From NCBI RefSeq assembly GCF_037042905.1, contig NC_087245.1:27716001-27780000 (forward strand): a stretch of 64,000 nucleotides of DNA, in the 5' to 3' direction. The notes beneath the pieces were generated by a model. That model did not search any database. It saw nothing but the letters and a program-made list of their open reading frames with translations, and was not told the origin of the DNA. The position numbers and the translations under genes were made by a program. Below, piece by piece: positions 25,901-40,900 of the stretch. Each line of letters starts with the position of its first letter. The stretch's first letter is position 1. Source of the stretch: Lytechinus pictus (lineage: Eukaryota).

Positions 25901-28900
25901 TCATGATGTGAGAGACAGAGAAACAAAGACCTCCTCCAGTCAATAGGCCTGGTAAAGATAGGACAGGTGATGAAAAGGTGCAGGTTGAGATGATATGGTC
26001 CTGTGGCTAGGAGAGGAGAGACCCATTGGCTCCAGAAAATGCTTATTTTCACAATTTCTGGGAAGATTTTATGTGGGGGATCTCGCAAGACACAGGGGTA
26101 AACAATCAAAGAAGACAGACAGTTGTCTGACATTTGCTGCATTGACCCAAATGATAGGACAGTTTGGAAGAGACCCTTCAAGGAAATGAATTGTCCCCAT
26201 AAATTTGGAAAAACAGACTTTAATTATTGCTGATGAAGTAATCAAATGCATTTCCAGGAAATTTAAAAAAAGTAATCAAAGAATTTAAACAACATTGCTT
26301 ACGATTGTTAACCTATACGACTTTCAAGCTCAGATTTTTTAAAGTCAAATCAACGTTAACAAATATTTCTATGTCTGTTATATGGATGTTAGAATTGGTA
26401 TGCGTGATGCAATGAGTCGAGGTGGTAGCAGCAGCTCTGCCCAACCGGCTGGTCCTAGTGGTATACCTGGTGACGACGGGAGAGAGTCTGCTTCATCCCC
26501 ACTCCCAACAGCACCAATACCTACACTTAGCTGGCCCCCAGAACCATCAGGACTGTATATGGGTAAGATCATCATATATCATCATTATATAATCTCTAAC
26601 ATCTGTGACCTTCGAGGTAATTAGATATTGGTTTATGATTTTTTTTTTTAACCTATGTAAGTATTTTAACCTGCCATCCATTGTGTATGGACCTGGTATC
26701 CTTAAGTATTTGTTTGCTACATTATCAAAGTCTTGAACTTGAATAAAGTCGTGATGAAACAGCATTATGATGATAATACAGTTCTTGTATAGCACACATC
26801 ACATTATGATGTGACCTCTCTGTGCACTTCAAGTTGAATGGAATGTTATTGCCCCAGCTGATATAAGCCCTTTGCAGCGCACAAGCCTCTCAAGAAATGA
26901 ATCCCACCAGGTATCCATTTACCTCATCCTGGCCTTGTAACCCAAAAGTTTATAGTTATAAATCGCTAATTTGAAAGAATCTGATTGGTTCATAGTGAGT
27001 TTACTGAGCAAAATGCATATGCAACTATGGTCTTGATAGGCCATTTCATTCAGGGATCAATTGCTAAAACTTTGTGTTACTTGGCTCTGGTTATATATTT
27101 TGTATTATTTGTATTGTATTATCCCTCAGACCAAGATGAGGATAACCTGAGCCTGGGAAGCACCTCGGCAACGGTCGGCGGGTCTTCCAGCTCCCTGGCT
27201 AGCAACCCGCCCTCCTTAGCAACCAGTATGTCTTACACCCAAGCTGTAGCCCTGACACCAGAGGAGCGTAGAAGCAACGCCCATAGCATCTTACGTCTGC
27301 TCTGTGAGGCAGCTGCTCTCACTGAAAGGCTACCTGACTTCTTGTCTGCAAAGTAAGAAATTTTGTTTCATTTATGGTCCACTTGCATGTATTTTATACC
27401 TCAGAAGTATGTTATTCCCATTCAACAGCCATTGCTACTGTATTGTTTGCTTGCTTTGTGGACTGAGATATTGTTTTAAATCTTCATTTGCCTTAAAAGT
27501 TGATTAGATGTGAAGCTAGATATCGATTAGAGTAATTTTATTGGTCTAGAATCAGGAACTGGAGATGAAGATAATGCTTGATTTTTCATTTCATCTTTAA
27601 AAACTTTGTTTACACAGGGAATCAAAGGCGTCTTTAGTACTCATTATGCAACAAGACATATTTCTTGTATTCAAGTGCATTGACTTGGGTTTTGAGCTGC
27701 TATCTATTTGATTTATGAGTCTTCTGTTTTGCCTTCTAATTCTGTTTTATGTCCTGTATCTCTCCCCAGGGACTCCCATGGCAATACCCCTTTCATGTCG
27801 GCTGTCAAGATCCGAGCTTACTCCGTAGCCCTGACCATTTTCGATACCACCGAGAACCTGGCGTCCCGCCGACGCCCCCTCGCTCGCACTCAGCCTGGCA
27901 GCCAGGGTGGGGGAGGGAGCCAGAAGAGGGAAGAGCAGCCAGCCAGTTTCAACAAGGAGCTGTTTGAATCAATGGTGTTCCCCCCTGGTAGCCACCCGGA
28001 TTCCTCCCCTCTCTATGTGCTCTGCCATAATGATACGTGTAGCTTCACATGGACAGGGACAGAGCATATCAATCAGGTAGGTTATCTTGTCATTGGTGGT
28101 AACATTGTGGAGCAATGTGGCCTAGTGGTTTATTATTCGGACGTTGAAACAGATGGTTGTGGGTTCAAATGCCAGCCATGGTGGAATTTCGTTCAGCAAA
28201 AAATTGATCCACATTTTGCTGCACTCAACCCAGGTGACGTAATGGATACCTGGTTAGAGATTATTTCTTAAAACGCTGAGTGCGTAACAGTAGCTCAGCT
28301 GTAGCTATGGTTATTAGAAGGCACTGTAATGGAACTAATGTAAGCTCAAAAAGTTCTGCAATTCTATGGGGTGAAAGCAAAATTTGTCACTGATTTTTAA
28401 CAGCTTTTGATTATATTAACAACCCCCTGGTTTGTTTTCCAAGAAATAGTAGTCTATCGCCCACATCAAATTACCATTGCCCAAGTCTTCTTATAGTGAC
28501 ATGAAAAAATGGAAATGTTTGATCAAGAATACATTGGCTATACCACTTCATTACCTTTGAGAGTGGTATCCACTTTGTTGGCACTGAAAAATATAATTGG
28601 GAAATGAAGTGGATATATTTCGTTTGTTTCTGTGTCTCTTGATTCCTTTCAAAACGCTTCTTGTTTTATTGATTGAACTGATCTCTTATTGTACATATAT
28701 TTTAGTAGTAGTCATGAGGATAATGTCATTTCCCTTTCCCCCCTAGGACATCTTTGAGTGTAGGACATGTGGTCTCCTAGGACCACTCTGCTGCTGTACA
28801 GAATGTGCCAGGATCTGCCACAAAGGACACGACTGCAAGTAAGTTCTATGATGCCCAGGATATGATATGCTTGTTACATTTCATCAGTATAAATTTTTTT

Positions 28901-31900
28901 ATTATAGTTGTTGCATTTACATGTAGATTGCACTGTTAATTATTCACTCACTTTGAGTAAAACTTTTACTGGTAGGTTAATTGAGCAAGTGGAACATTTC
29001 ACTCTATCGGCTTTCCATGAGAAACCTTGATTCTAAATGATGTTCTTCATTTCTCCTCTTATGTTTCTCCTCCTTTTCCTTCCCTTATTCCATCTGTTTT
29101 CTATTTTTGTTCTTTGCTTTCTCCCTTTATTCCCCCCCCCATCTTCTTATCTAAGTCATCTCATTCCTCTATTATCATACACATTCATTTTTCTACTGTT
29201 TCTTAGTGCCAGTTTTTACCAATAAACTAATTTCTATTGTGTGTGTTGTGCGACCATTTGTGCTACCTGCCCTTATTATGGCAAGGGAAGGTGGACTAGG
29301 GACCCGTTTCATAAATACTAAAAATTTTGGTGATTTTGCATTATTGTGACCACCATGGGAACCTTGATATTGATTGGCTACTGAACCCTATAGCAGTTGC
29401 CATAATGGCAAAATTACAATAGATGTAACTCTTTATGAAACAGGCCCCTGGCCTATTGGAATCATCATTGCATGCACATTTTGCTCAGTAGACTGACTAG
29501 TAACCAATCAGAATTGCTCTTTCAAATTAGCAATTAATTGCTAACCTTTGTGTTACGGGGCATTGGTCATGATTCTTCACATTCCTTTTCTGTGAGTGAG
29601 AAAAAAAAGATTTAACAACATGCATGTTTGAAGTCAGAGGCTACACAAAACTTAACATAGCCATGGCTACACGTATTATCAGCATAAGATAGGCATTAAG
29701 TTTTTGTTTAGTGATTAAAATATTGCCCTTGGACCTATTTTGTTACAGATTGAAGCGTACGTCCCCTACGGCATACTGTGATTGTTGGGAGAAGTGTGAA
29801 TGTAAAGCTCTTATTGCAGGACAGATCTTCACACGTATGGAGCTTCTTGACAGGCTTATCAATGAAACCAACTTGGTTACTATACCAAACAGCAGGTACA
29901 GCTTCTTTTCCTGTTCCCCTTTGTTCCCCCTCTAAACCCCATTCCTTTCATAAGTGTGTTAGTTTAGATCCAATTTATATGAAAATTTCAGCATTATGCT
30001 TGTTTGAATTTTCTCCATTTATTAAAATCTTGTTGTATACTTTAATACTTTAATTAAGTTTGCCCAAGGATACCTGTATAATGATTGATTGGCAGACATT
30101 TGCGATCCAAGATGCAGAAAATGTAGTTAAAATGAGATATGTTAGGAGACTTAGTAGCTCAGCAACAGATAATTCCAGACCACATTATGGACGAACCAAT
30201 CATTAAAAGATTTTAGTCAGAAAAGTGTCATCCCTGGAAATAAATATGGCATTCCCTCCAGGTAGCCTATATTTTTTCAAGCAATAACACTATCTCACAT
30301 GTGATATCTGTACTGGTGATTTTTGAAGGACAAACTGGTCTTCATGATAATGGTGAATGTCCTGTTATATTTCAGAGGGGATCACATTCTGCTATTCTTG
30401 GCTCAAACCGTGGCACGTCAGACGGTAGAACAGAGACAGTACCGCCAGTCCAGGAGCAGACTCTCTCGTAAGAATGAATCGGGTAAGTGCTCTATTTTCC
30501 TTCTTGGATACAAAAATTCTGGTTACCATGTCTAAATATGCTTGAGTAGATTACATTATCAAGCACTAATAAATGTGTGAGGAATATAGTTTGTTGAAAC
30601 AAAACCTGAGGAATAATGATAGACTCCCTTTATTGTACACTGTTTTACAAGATTAGTATATGTAGATTACAATATTGACACATTTTGGAGACATGATATG
30701 AGTGCATGTTTTGTCTGTCTAATTGATTAAAGCAACACGACATACGTCACACTGGCCCAGCTAGGGTTTAGCAGTAAGACTAGGGACCATGAAATTCATT
30801 CACCCCCCTCCCTTCTGGTAGTTGGTCGTCCTGTACCCCTGTTTAATTTGTATTCACACTGTCATTGTTTGTTTGTTTGCTACAGACATTGATATGCCTG
30901 ATCATAACCTGGAGCCACCACGATTCTGTCGTCATGCCCTTGAGAGTATCCTGCAGGAATGGCAAGCTGTTAGTGCTATGATACTCAATGGATGTCAAGA
31001 TAAGAAAAAGTAAGTCACTTCCCCTCTCTCTTTCCTCCCCCTCTCCATCCCTACCATCTGGAATATCAGTCTCTATACGAAGAATTTTTTTATTTGCTTT
31101 CAGAATGTTTGCTTCTGTTCATGATTATGTCAATCTGTTAAGTGTTTCAAACTTTATGATGTGTTAAAAAGTAAGAGTAAATGTATAGCAATACGATATT
31201 GCAATTGATGTTACATGTAGGAATTGTGATTTATCTCGCCTGCGTCGTAGAGCAAGACCATAGGCACCGCTTTGCTGATGGCAACGGCGGGGTCAACATT
31301 GATATGTTAAACAGGGTTTCATTTTTTGAAATGTCATAGTATATGGATCTAGTTCATGAACTTGTACACAACGATAATCAAGTATCACTGATCATCTGGC
31401 ATGAGTTTTAAGTTGCATGATGAAGGTCAAAGGTCATTTGAGGTCAAAGGTCATTTGGGGTCAATGATCTTGACGATGTTGGGGAATCGACACTGAAATC
31501 TTTATTAAGATAAAGTTTTTGAAGTTTTTTTTTTACTTTTTAAAATTAAAGTATTAAGGCCTATATCATGAAACATGGCTGTAAAGGTAATCAAGTATTA
31601 CTGACCATCTGTCATGAGTTGCAGGCTACAGGTCATTTAAGATCATTTAAGATTTGCAGATACAAGTCCCTATTCAAAGAAAATTTGATATTATGGTTAT
31701 CAGTTATTGGCGAATAGACAAATGTAATTTCAGGTCGCTAGAAAAGGGTGAAAGGTCAAGGGTAAAATGAAATGTTATCTGCTGCTACACTACATTGCAT
31801 AATGCAGGTGAGAGTATCAGAGGTATTCCACTTGTTTATCTTAATATAACAGGGTCTCACTATTTGCCATGCTGTATTGGATTAACCCCCAACATCATTT

Positions 31901-34900
31901 CAAACTGATCTTTTTCATCTTGTGTATTTTTTACAGGGATTGTGGCGGGGGCATTGGTCACACCCCTATACCGGAGGACCAGGTGTATCTAATGCGTCAA
32001 TCTGGTACTGTCAAGTTGGACTGGTTTACCCATATGCTCATTGTCAAGTGTACTTCTTCTGTGAGTATGAGTCTGTGTATCATTCTAGATCTAGTAGGTT
32101 TATGTAAACTTGACTTTGTGACATTATGAATTCTATACTGAAAAGTGAGCACAATAACGATCACCAATACATATAAACACATGTGGGACTATGTTACCAA
32201 GCAGAAATGCCATGCATATTTTGCTCCTTTCTCAGCAATTATGCATTTTCTAAACCATGTGGCTCATACATGTACATGTAGTTATATTTTCCATACACTT
32301 GTGTGGCCATTTCTTGATATTCTGTTCAGATTCTTTTATTTTTTAGATTGTTATCACACACAGTGTGCAAAGTTGTTCAAATTGGGAATAATTTGTTGTT
32401 TTGTAGCCATTTCATGCACTAAACCCTATAGAAAAATCTTATTGGACAGTAATCTATTTGGACAAAATTGCAATTCTCTAGCTATTAAAAAAAAAAAGGG
32501 CTACAGAACAGCTTTAAAAGCGAGAGGAACCGCTGCAAAATGGCTATAATATGACAAGTTTCTCACTGTGACAAAAGGCATTTATTTTGAACATTGGAGA
32601 AAATGTATACTATTGTTTAATTGTATGATCTCATCCCTTCTTTCTTCCAGGATCTCGACACCCTACTGACAACTTTGATTCGCCGTCTCCGCCATGCTCA
32701 ATCTGCCACCAGTAAGGCCGAGGCAGCGGAGGTAGCCCGTAGGTTCATCCGATCCGTTGCTAGAGTCTTTGTTGTTCTCAGTATTGAGATGACCCCTGGC
32801 AAAAAGCTGTAAGTGCTTACTCCCATTCCCAGCATTTCTTGGTCTTGAGTGCTTTCCCAAAGCTTTTCTTCCAGTCTCTTGCAGATTGGTCATTTTGAAT
32901 ATGGTTTCATATTGATTTTTAAAAATGTAGTACATGTAGGAATAGTGTATCAATTTCAATTATCCATGTGCATTATGGATATCCATCAGATAAGAATTCC
33001 ATTTGTAACTGGGTCAAGGCAAATATTAAAATTTTGGACTGGGGATAAATTTATAAAATCTTTATGGGGCTATTTTCTTAGCTTGCCAAAAAAAGTTGTC
33101 ATCAAGTTGGTGTAGTCCTATCTCTTTTATGTTACACCCTCCATTGCCCTTTAACACAAAAGATACAATCAATTCTTAAATTGATAGTAACTTTAAGTCT
33201 ATAGCAATCCATGTACAAAACTTTACAATCAGATGTAAAGATCAGTCATATCTCTTCATGTCACCCCCCCCCCTTCCAGGTCTGAGCCAGTGCAGCGTTG
33301 CAAGCGAGTGTTTCAGGCATTGATCCACCAGTCCATCACAGAGCTGTGTGAGATAGGAGATTCATTGATAGCACCTGTTAGGATGGGGGTAGCTAGACCC
33401 TCCTCACCGTTCCCTCTCTTCAACAGCCATGCTGATGCTATCCAGGTTGGTAGGATGCTATCATGCATTAGAATTCGATAATTATTTTTACTGCAAAATG
33501 CAATCTTATTAGAATAATGATAGATGATTTATGATGAATTCACTTTGTAGATGGGTTTGTAAGATTGGTTAGGATCATCCAATGGTAGCAAATTATACAT
33601 CATTTTAAAGCTGATAATTTCCTTTTTCAGATGGGATCTTTAATATTTTTTTTCAAGTTAATATTCCTTAGAAAGTCATACAGGTGACTGTGCCCAAGTC
33701 AAATGTCTCTGGACCACAGAAGCCTGTTTGACTGAGGCGAAAATTGACTTAGATGATGTAATTTCCACATGTTTTTCATATTCTGGTCTGGCATAATGCC
33801 TCAAGTTAGACAATTTGACTTATGGAAAGTAGAATTATACAGAGGCTCCTGTAGTGTGGATTTCATCAATTTGAATTTCAATTATTTTCAACTACAGGGA
33901 AGTGAAGAACTGTTCTTTACGGAGCCACTACCCATGAGGTCTGCTTCCAGCAACCAGTCTAGTTCAAGCCACACCCATCACCACGCTCCTTCTCTGCGGA
34001 CACACCCACACCGTATAACCCGTAATCGTACCATCGATGAAGATGATCAAGACATGGAGGTCGGAGAAGGCGAAGAGGTAAGGTCATCTGGGATTGATTC
34101 ACAAATAGATTAATTTGAATAGTCACTCTTGAATTTCTTGTTGTGTGATCATCATACATTTACTGCATTGGCTGATGCCCAGGGGTGGTACGCTATTGGG
34201 TAATCATGATGTAAATAATTCTCTACTTATACAGTACACAAATCTGCTGCAAAGGCTCTCTGAGCACACAAATATCATTCAACAAGAACAATTTTGGTAG
34301 AATAAAACAGCAATATTACAAATTATAAATCTACATATACTTTAATAAACATTATAGAGAATAATTATTACTTTACTTGACTCCCTTGGCTGGTCTTTAT
34401 GGATATGTTTGACTCTGCTCTCTGGTGGGTGTTTCATAAAGTTGTTCATAAGTTACGAGCAACTTTACGAACGACTGGTGACTCTTTCTTATGAACAAAA
34501 TCAACTCAATAGAAATCTGTTACATATCACTTCCCACAAGAATTGATCACTGGCTATTTTGAAACACCCACCCAGTTCGTTATGTAAATTGAGATTAGGG
34601 TGATTCTTCATATATGTTATGTATTATTTTGTAGATTGACATGGTTGAAGGAGACATTGTGGTTGTATCCAGTGATGTACGTGAAAGGGATTCCGGCAGT
34701 GCCCCGCCCAGAGACCCTAGGGAACAACCAAGTCAAGACGATCAACAAGAAGATGATGGTAAGCTCATAGGCCCGAATTCACAAAGGTGGTTTTTAAAAC
34801 CCTCGGTTGAACCCATGGTTTATGCAGATTTCCGGTATAAATTGTGCTTAATTTAGCGCGTATCGGGCGTGTGTATAAAAAAATGTCCAATGCTGATGCA

Positions 34901-37900
34901 CGCTTTTGTCACATTGCGCCAAATTGATGCCTGTTACCATGGTAAGATTTTATTCATGAGTCCACTGTTTGAAGAGTGGACTCATTTATTCATAACAGTG
35001 GACTCATGAATAAAATAGCATGGATAACCACGGCAACAGGCATCAATTTGGCGCACTGTGACAAAAGCATGCATCAGCATTGGACATTTTTTAAATATAC
35101 GCGGTAAAATAAGCGTAATTTATACAGGAAGCCTGCATAAACCATGGACTCAACGGTGGGTTTTAAAAACCATCTTTGTGAATTCGGGCCATTATGTTCC
35201 AACTGTGAATACCCTCTATCTATGAAAGACTAATTATCTTACAGCTTTACGTGTTAGCACCAACAACCTGTGAAATTTATTGTATTGTGGTCAGTGAATA
35301 CTTTATTCGACGGCATCCTCTGTCTTCTTCATGAGTTTACAATGTGGTGTCAGATCTTAATTGTTTTTCCTTGCAAATTTGTATTTGATTTTGTTTCTTA
35401 TTTCCCAGTTATTTATGATTGTTTGTATAGTTCATGATTTCATTGATTGAAAAAATGTATCAGATCAATAAAGAAGTGTATCCTTTGTCAGATGTTGATA
35501 TGATTACTGGCTGAGTATGAAATAACTAAAGGCTGCCAAGAAGGGCCATCAGGGCTTCGAGCTTCTGCACTTCTCCCCCGTCCAGAACGAGGTGATTGGC
35601 CTTGTTGTCCTAGAGTACTCTGAAAGGGCAGGGAAGATCTTGACTTTCCGCCGGATCATTTGTAGGACAGAATTCCAGCGGGTTCTCACATCTTGGATGA
35701 GTCGGAGTTTCTAGAATAGGATTAACATGTGAAAAAATAATACTTTTAAAATTCATTTTTCATTTAGTATTCTATACGTATTATTAGGTATTACGTAAGT
35801 TACTCAAGTAATCAAATCGATCTCAAATTCTGAAAATAATTTATGAAGATCACATTAGCATTTACATAAGAAAATTTGAATTTGTCAAAAATAATATTAA
35901 TGCCAGTTAATTGTATGCTGGATGTTGTTGATAATATAAATAAAATTATATCTACATTACATTTTCTTAAATGCATGTTCATCATCACAAATGCACAATA
36001 TACAGTAAGCTATTTGGCTTACCTCGAGGTCTCGCTCCTCTTCCGCCGTCTTTAGCTGTGTGGTCTTCTCAGACTTTTTGAAGAGAGACACGATCTGGCG
36101 GCACTTTCCAATCAGACAGCTTGCCTCTGGGACTTGGATACCTTTTCCAACACAGAGGTCCAGGGTGTTTGCGAAGCACGCGATGTGTGGGAAGCCTGCC
36201 TTGGAGCACGCGCTAACTATATTCGCAGTGTTATCGGTAACGACAGTGGATAACTTGATGCCCCAGTCCTTGATCACCGCCTCCATCTCTGTCTTAAGGT
36301 TGTCAGCTGTGTGGGACTCAACCATGTGTCAAAAATATAAACACTGAACAGGGATTACGTTTAAGAACAGTGTTCTCTACGCAATATGTCTATCAGTCAA
36401 ACAAGTGAAACTACATACAATTTGTGGTCCTACGATGAAATCTGCCTTCTCAAGTTCTTAGATTTAACATTTGAATTTTACAATTATGTAGCGTTCTTGC
36501 TTCTTCGACTCGCTGGCACTTGAAATATAAACATACTCATACATAATATGTAAGCCTACTAGTAGAAGCGACCAATATAAAAAGTGCTGAATAATTATAA
36601 GTGCATCGTAATGTAAAAGACCTTATGAGAATACAATTTTTACAATGTTTCTTGTCTGATGTTTCGGAAACTCATTTGCTTAACTAGGTTAGTTCAAACT
36701 CTATCTCTATGACCCGACTCTTTCTCTTGTTGCTGCTATGGCAACGGAGACATCAATTTAATACATCATACTATGATTAGAATAATTTCTTAACCTGTGA
36801 ATAGGTCACTGAATGTGTATCTTGTGCATAGTCAATTATTGTGATTATCATGACATATTCAAGATTCATTGATTTCATTCATATTTGCAATTCCTAAAAA
36901 ACATTCTAAAAAAATAATTTAACATAGACTACTAATTGGGATAATCATATCTTTTTGTTACTTTTTGAAACGGCCTGTAGTTGTCTTTTTCAGACGAGTG
37001 AGACGACAGAAACTCTTGAGTGCAGTCAGAGAGAATCACATTTGCGTACCATGATAGTTAATAATGATGCATCATGCCTTGCGTTCATGCCCATTCGCTC
37101 ACTTGGTCTCTCGTTCATTTCGGAGGGCAGAGTCCCCTGCCTCAAGAAAGTCACTATGATTCCCAAATCCACCCGGGAACCAGAGACCTGTAGCTAGAGG
37201 CCAGCCCTCGTGCACATCCAGTGCTATCATTGATTAGCCGTATCCAGCCTAATGAATAACCAATCATTGCTGTCAAGTTCGTCAACGAATGAAACATTTG
37301 TGGTGCGTGAGACAGCCTCATACTCATAGCAACAACATCACGAACAGCTGGAGCAATTAGACCGTTATTAGTGGCCGGTTGAGCTGGGGTTTCACCATGT
37401 ATATGTGCGAATTCGGAGGAACTACATTATAGCGGGTAGTATCGACAACGAGAGGAAGGTTATCGATATCGCTAAGTGGCAAAAAACAAGCGATTATCGA
37501 CAGGACTAGCGATAAAAAGGTTATCGATAACAGCACTAGTATATATTGTGCTATCCGTGATTGCTGCCTGATCAGTTTTACATATTCAGATTGTCTGACC
37601 CTGTTGACTAGTTCAGGCTCCATTATCCAAATTTTGATGTAAAGACAACCAAGCTTCTGTAGGCAATGGGTTCAAAACTGATTCCTTGATATTTAATTTT
37701 ATTTCTTATATGCAGCTGGTAATGAGAGTGACATGGACCTCGACCTTCTAGCAGAGAGTGACTATGATAGTGAGAGTAACCATAGCAACCAAGATCACGA
37801 AAGCAGCGCACAGGACTCCAGCCGTCGAGGTGGCGTCAATGCTCCTAATGCTGGATCCGATGCTGGTAGGTTAGATTCAAGTTTTGGGGATCTCAGTGGC

Positions 37901-40900
37901 CTGTATTCTGAACTCAGACTTCCACTTATACTATGATCTGTACCTTAAAAAAATATAGAGTTTATATAAACGCACCATGTCAAACATAAATAACATTCCT
38001 GTTCCCATAATTATACCATTTTGTAATACCATATCCTACAAAAGTCAAAATGGGTATATGGAATTGTGTTTTATAGCTGTCTGTGATCATTCTTCACAAT
38101 GGAAATATATTCAACCCAATAGCACCAATTGTGCTCATTAATCCGGATGCCTTAAAAAGAAGTGTCCATTGGGTTAACATGTCAATTTTGTGTTTCAGGT
38201 GGTGGTCTAGCATCACTATTCTTCTCTGAAGATGAATCATCATCCAATGCCGATGAAGCCGAAGAGGAAGAAGAGGAGGACAGCGATAATGAATTCAATG
38301 AGATAGAAGAAGAGACTGTCGATCAGGCGTTCAACGAAGACTTGCTGGAGAGACCGGCTACAGCTAGTGCAAGTGGATCTCAGAACATTGAAGGAAACAG
38401 GTTAGAAAAAAATGATGCAATTCCTTTTTTATCTCTTTTCCTATTAAATAAAAAATTGAATATCTTGTTTTCCATTGCTCGTGAAGGTCTAAAGTCTGGT
38501 AAAACATCTGTATTCATTAACTGTCTCATTCAGAATTGTATTAAGTTATTTTGCATATATATGCATTAACTTTATAAAGATTTTTACGTAAGTTTTAGAT
38601 TTTAAAGACCAGTTCATCTAATATAGATGATTTCATTCTGGTATTTTTACATTCTATGGTGTTTTATTGAAGGAATATATAAGGCTATTAGCAGCTATTA
38701 GAATTACACAAAATGATATAACTTTCGAGGTAAGCTGTAAGGAGGGCTAGGCAAGCTTTCTAAAAATTATTTTTAAAAGGATAATTTTGAATTAACAAGA
38801 CAGTTGAGGTGGGCATCCAAGGCAGTCAACTTTACCCCCTTTGGTTAATACAAGCCCTGGTGCCCGTTTCATAAGGAGTTACAACTGTTATAACTTGTAT
38901 GGCAACTAACATGGTAACATGGCTCAGCAGCCAATCAAAATCGAGCTTACCATGGTAGTTGCCATAATGGCCAAGTTACAACAGTTGTAACTCTTTATGA
39001 AACGGGCCCTGATGTGTTTGAAATGATTTCTTCCTATCTATTTGATTGTATTCAATATGAAATTGATCATTCATATTTTGTTTATGATTTAGATCTAGCC
39101 AGCCACCACACCCTCTCCAGTGGGCTTTCCGCAATCAACAGCCTCTGTCATCAAATAACTCCAGGACTAGTGGCTCTGGAGTGGTCAATGAGGTGCTAGG
39201 ATCTGCCAGTAGCGCTCCTCCTGTTGGTGAGTCTGGCATTAACATCCCTGTGTGGGGCCGGTTTCATAAAGGCTTGTTCAGATTTGCCAAGTAGTACGAT
39301 TTTTCCGTATTTAGTTTTTTTTTTTACAAAATCAAAATTTATTGAGAAAAATCATCTCTATATGTCTCTATTTCATAAAACGTACACAAATATGGTTATT
39401 AGATCAATGTAATTTCAGGAAACTTGTTTTTTTTTTCAATCATTTTGTAAAAACCAGGGTGAGATATACACAAGTTTCAATGTTTTTTTTTTCATCTGCA
39501 AGAGCAGTGCACATTTTAGCTTGCATGCTTGAGCGCCGTGATGGGCGAGTGCGCCAAGCATTTTATTATGAAATACTGATTTTTTTTTGGTCAAAATACT
39601 GACTTTGGGGGATAAGAATACTGAAAATACAAAATACAACTTGGCAGCTCTGCTTGTTATTATATAAAACAATTTCTCTAATAAGTTTACGATTACCCAA
39701 TCAACTGGAAAGATTCGGTAGCTTTGAATTGTTGTTTCAAATTTGTCATCATAACAAGTTGTATGAAACAGGCCCCTGGTAATGGAATGCCTTTCTAAGT
39801 GTTAATTCTTCCTTACTTTGCAATTAAATACAGTCAAACCTGCTGTGATGTCCACCTGTCTGTTAAGACTACAATATTAGTTTCACTTGAATAGTTTTCC
39901 AATTGAAACATGTATTCCAAGTACCTGTCCATATAGACCTTGTCTCCCTTGAGTGGTCCTTTGCATACAGTTTTCACTGTCTTTGAGGGTAATATCTTAC
40001 ATATTTGCTTCCTGCCAACGTAGAAGTATAGAAAGGTAGTTATTAGGGTTAGAAATTGGAAAAGGTATCCTCAAAGAGGAAAATTCAATTCTTATCTCAC
40101 AATGGAAGGAATTTCTAATTGTACATATTCTTCTTTGCTCTAAATTTGATGTATTGGTTCCTTAAGTTCATTTCTGTTAATTTGAAACCATGTTCTTATA
40201 AAGTTAGCTCTCAAAGGCTAGAAGTGGCATATGGGATTTTAATAGGAAGATTGCATTCTATTGCACCATCTATGGCCAGAGTTCGCAAGAACCAATTCAA
40301 CTGGCAATTTTCAGAGACATTTATTTTATTTTATTTTATTTTGTTGTCATTTTCATTTCCAGTACCCACAGGTCTCATTTACATCGACCCCTCCAACTTG
40401 AGACGAACGACCATCTCCACGGCAGCAAACCCCACTCCACCTACCACCAACACGACTGAGACTGCTCCAACCACCACAGCAAGTCGACTAGCGAGGGCAT
40501 TTGGCATCGTGCTCCGACAGGTGTCTGATCTAATGACCTCCTTACCCAACTACAAGGCTCCTGAACCACTTACGGAAACACTCGAGATTACCGCTGATAA
40601 TGCCAAAGAGTTGCAGGTAAGGGAGTCAAGACCTGATGGTCAAAGAATTTTGAAAAGCATGAATGTAGCTGGTGCTTTATTATGATATTTGTTTTGTCTT
40701 TATTTTCCTTACTTCTGTACATTGGTTTGATAAAACATTCATAATTAAACCATTTTTTACAGCGCCTACTTAGCTTCATATATGCAAGCAAATGGGAGGC
40801 TAAATGTGCAACATTCTTACCGTTGCACACATACCGTCCAAAATGTACCATTGCTCTGCTCAGTAAAGAGGTGACGTCATAGTATGATTAGATTCAATGT

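Noticed and set aside
36650..36690. Second hammerhead-like fragment (cgaaacatcagac on - strand)
   Set aside because: No CUGANGA core at the required position.
37357..37623. 88-aa minus-strand ORF with a hydrophobic stretch
   Set aside because: Overlaps the hAT terminal repeats; no supporting splice structure or homology recognised.
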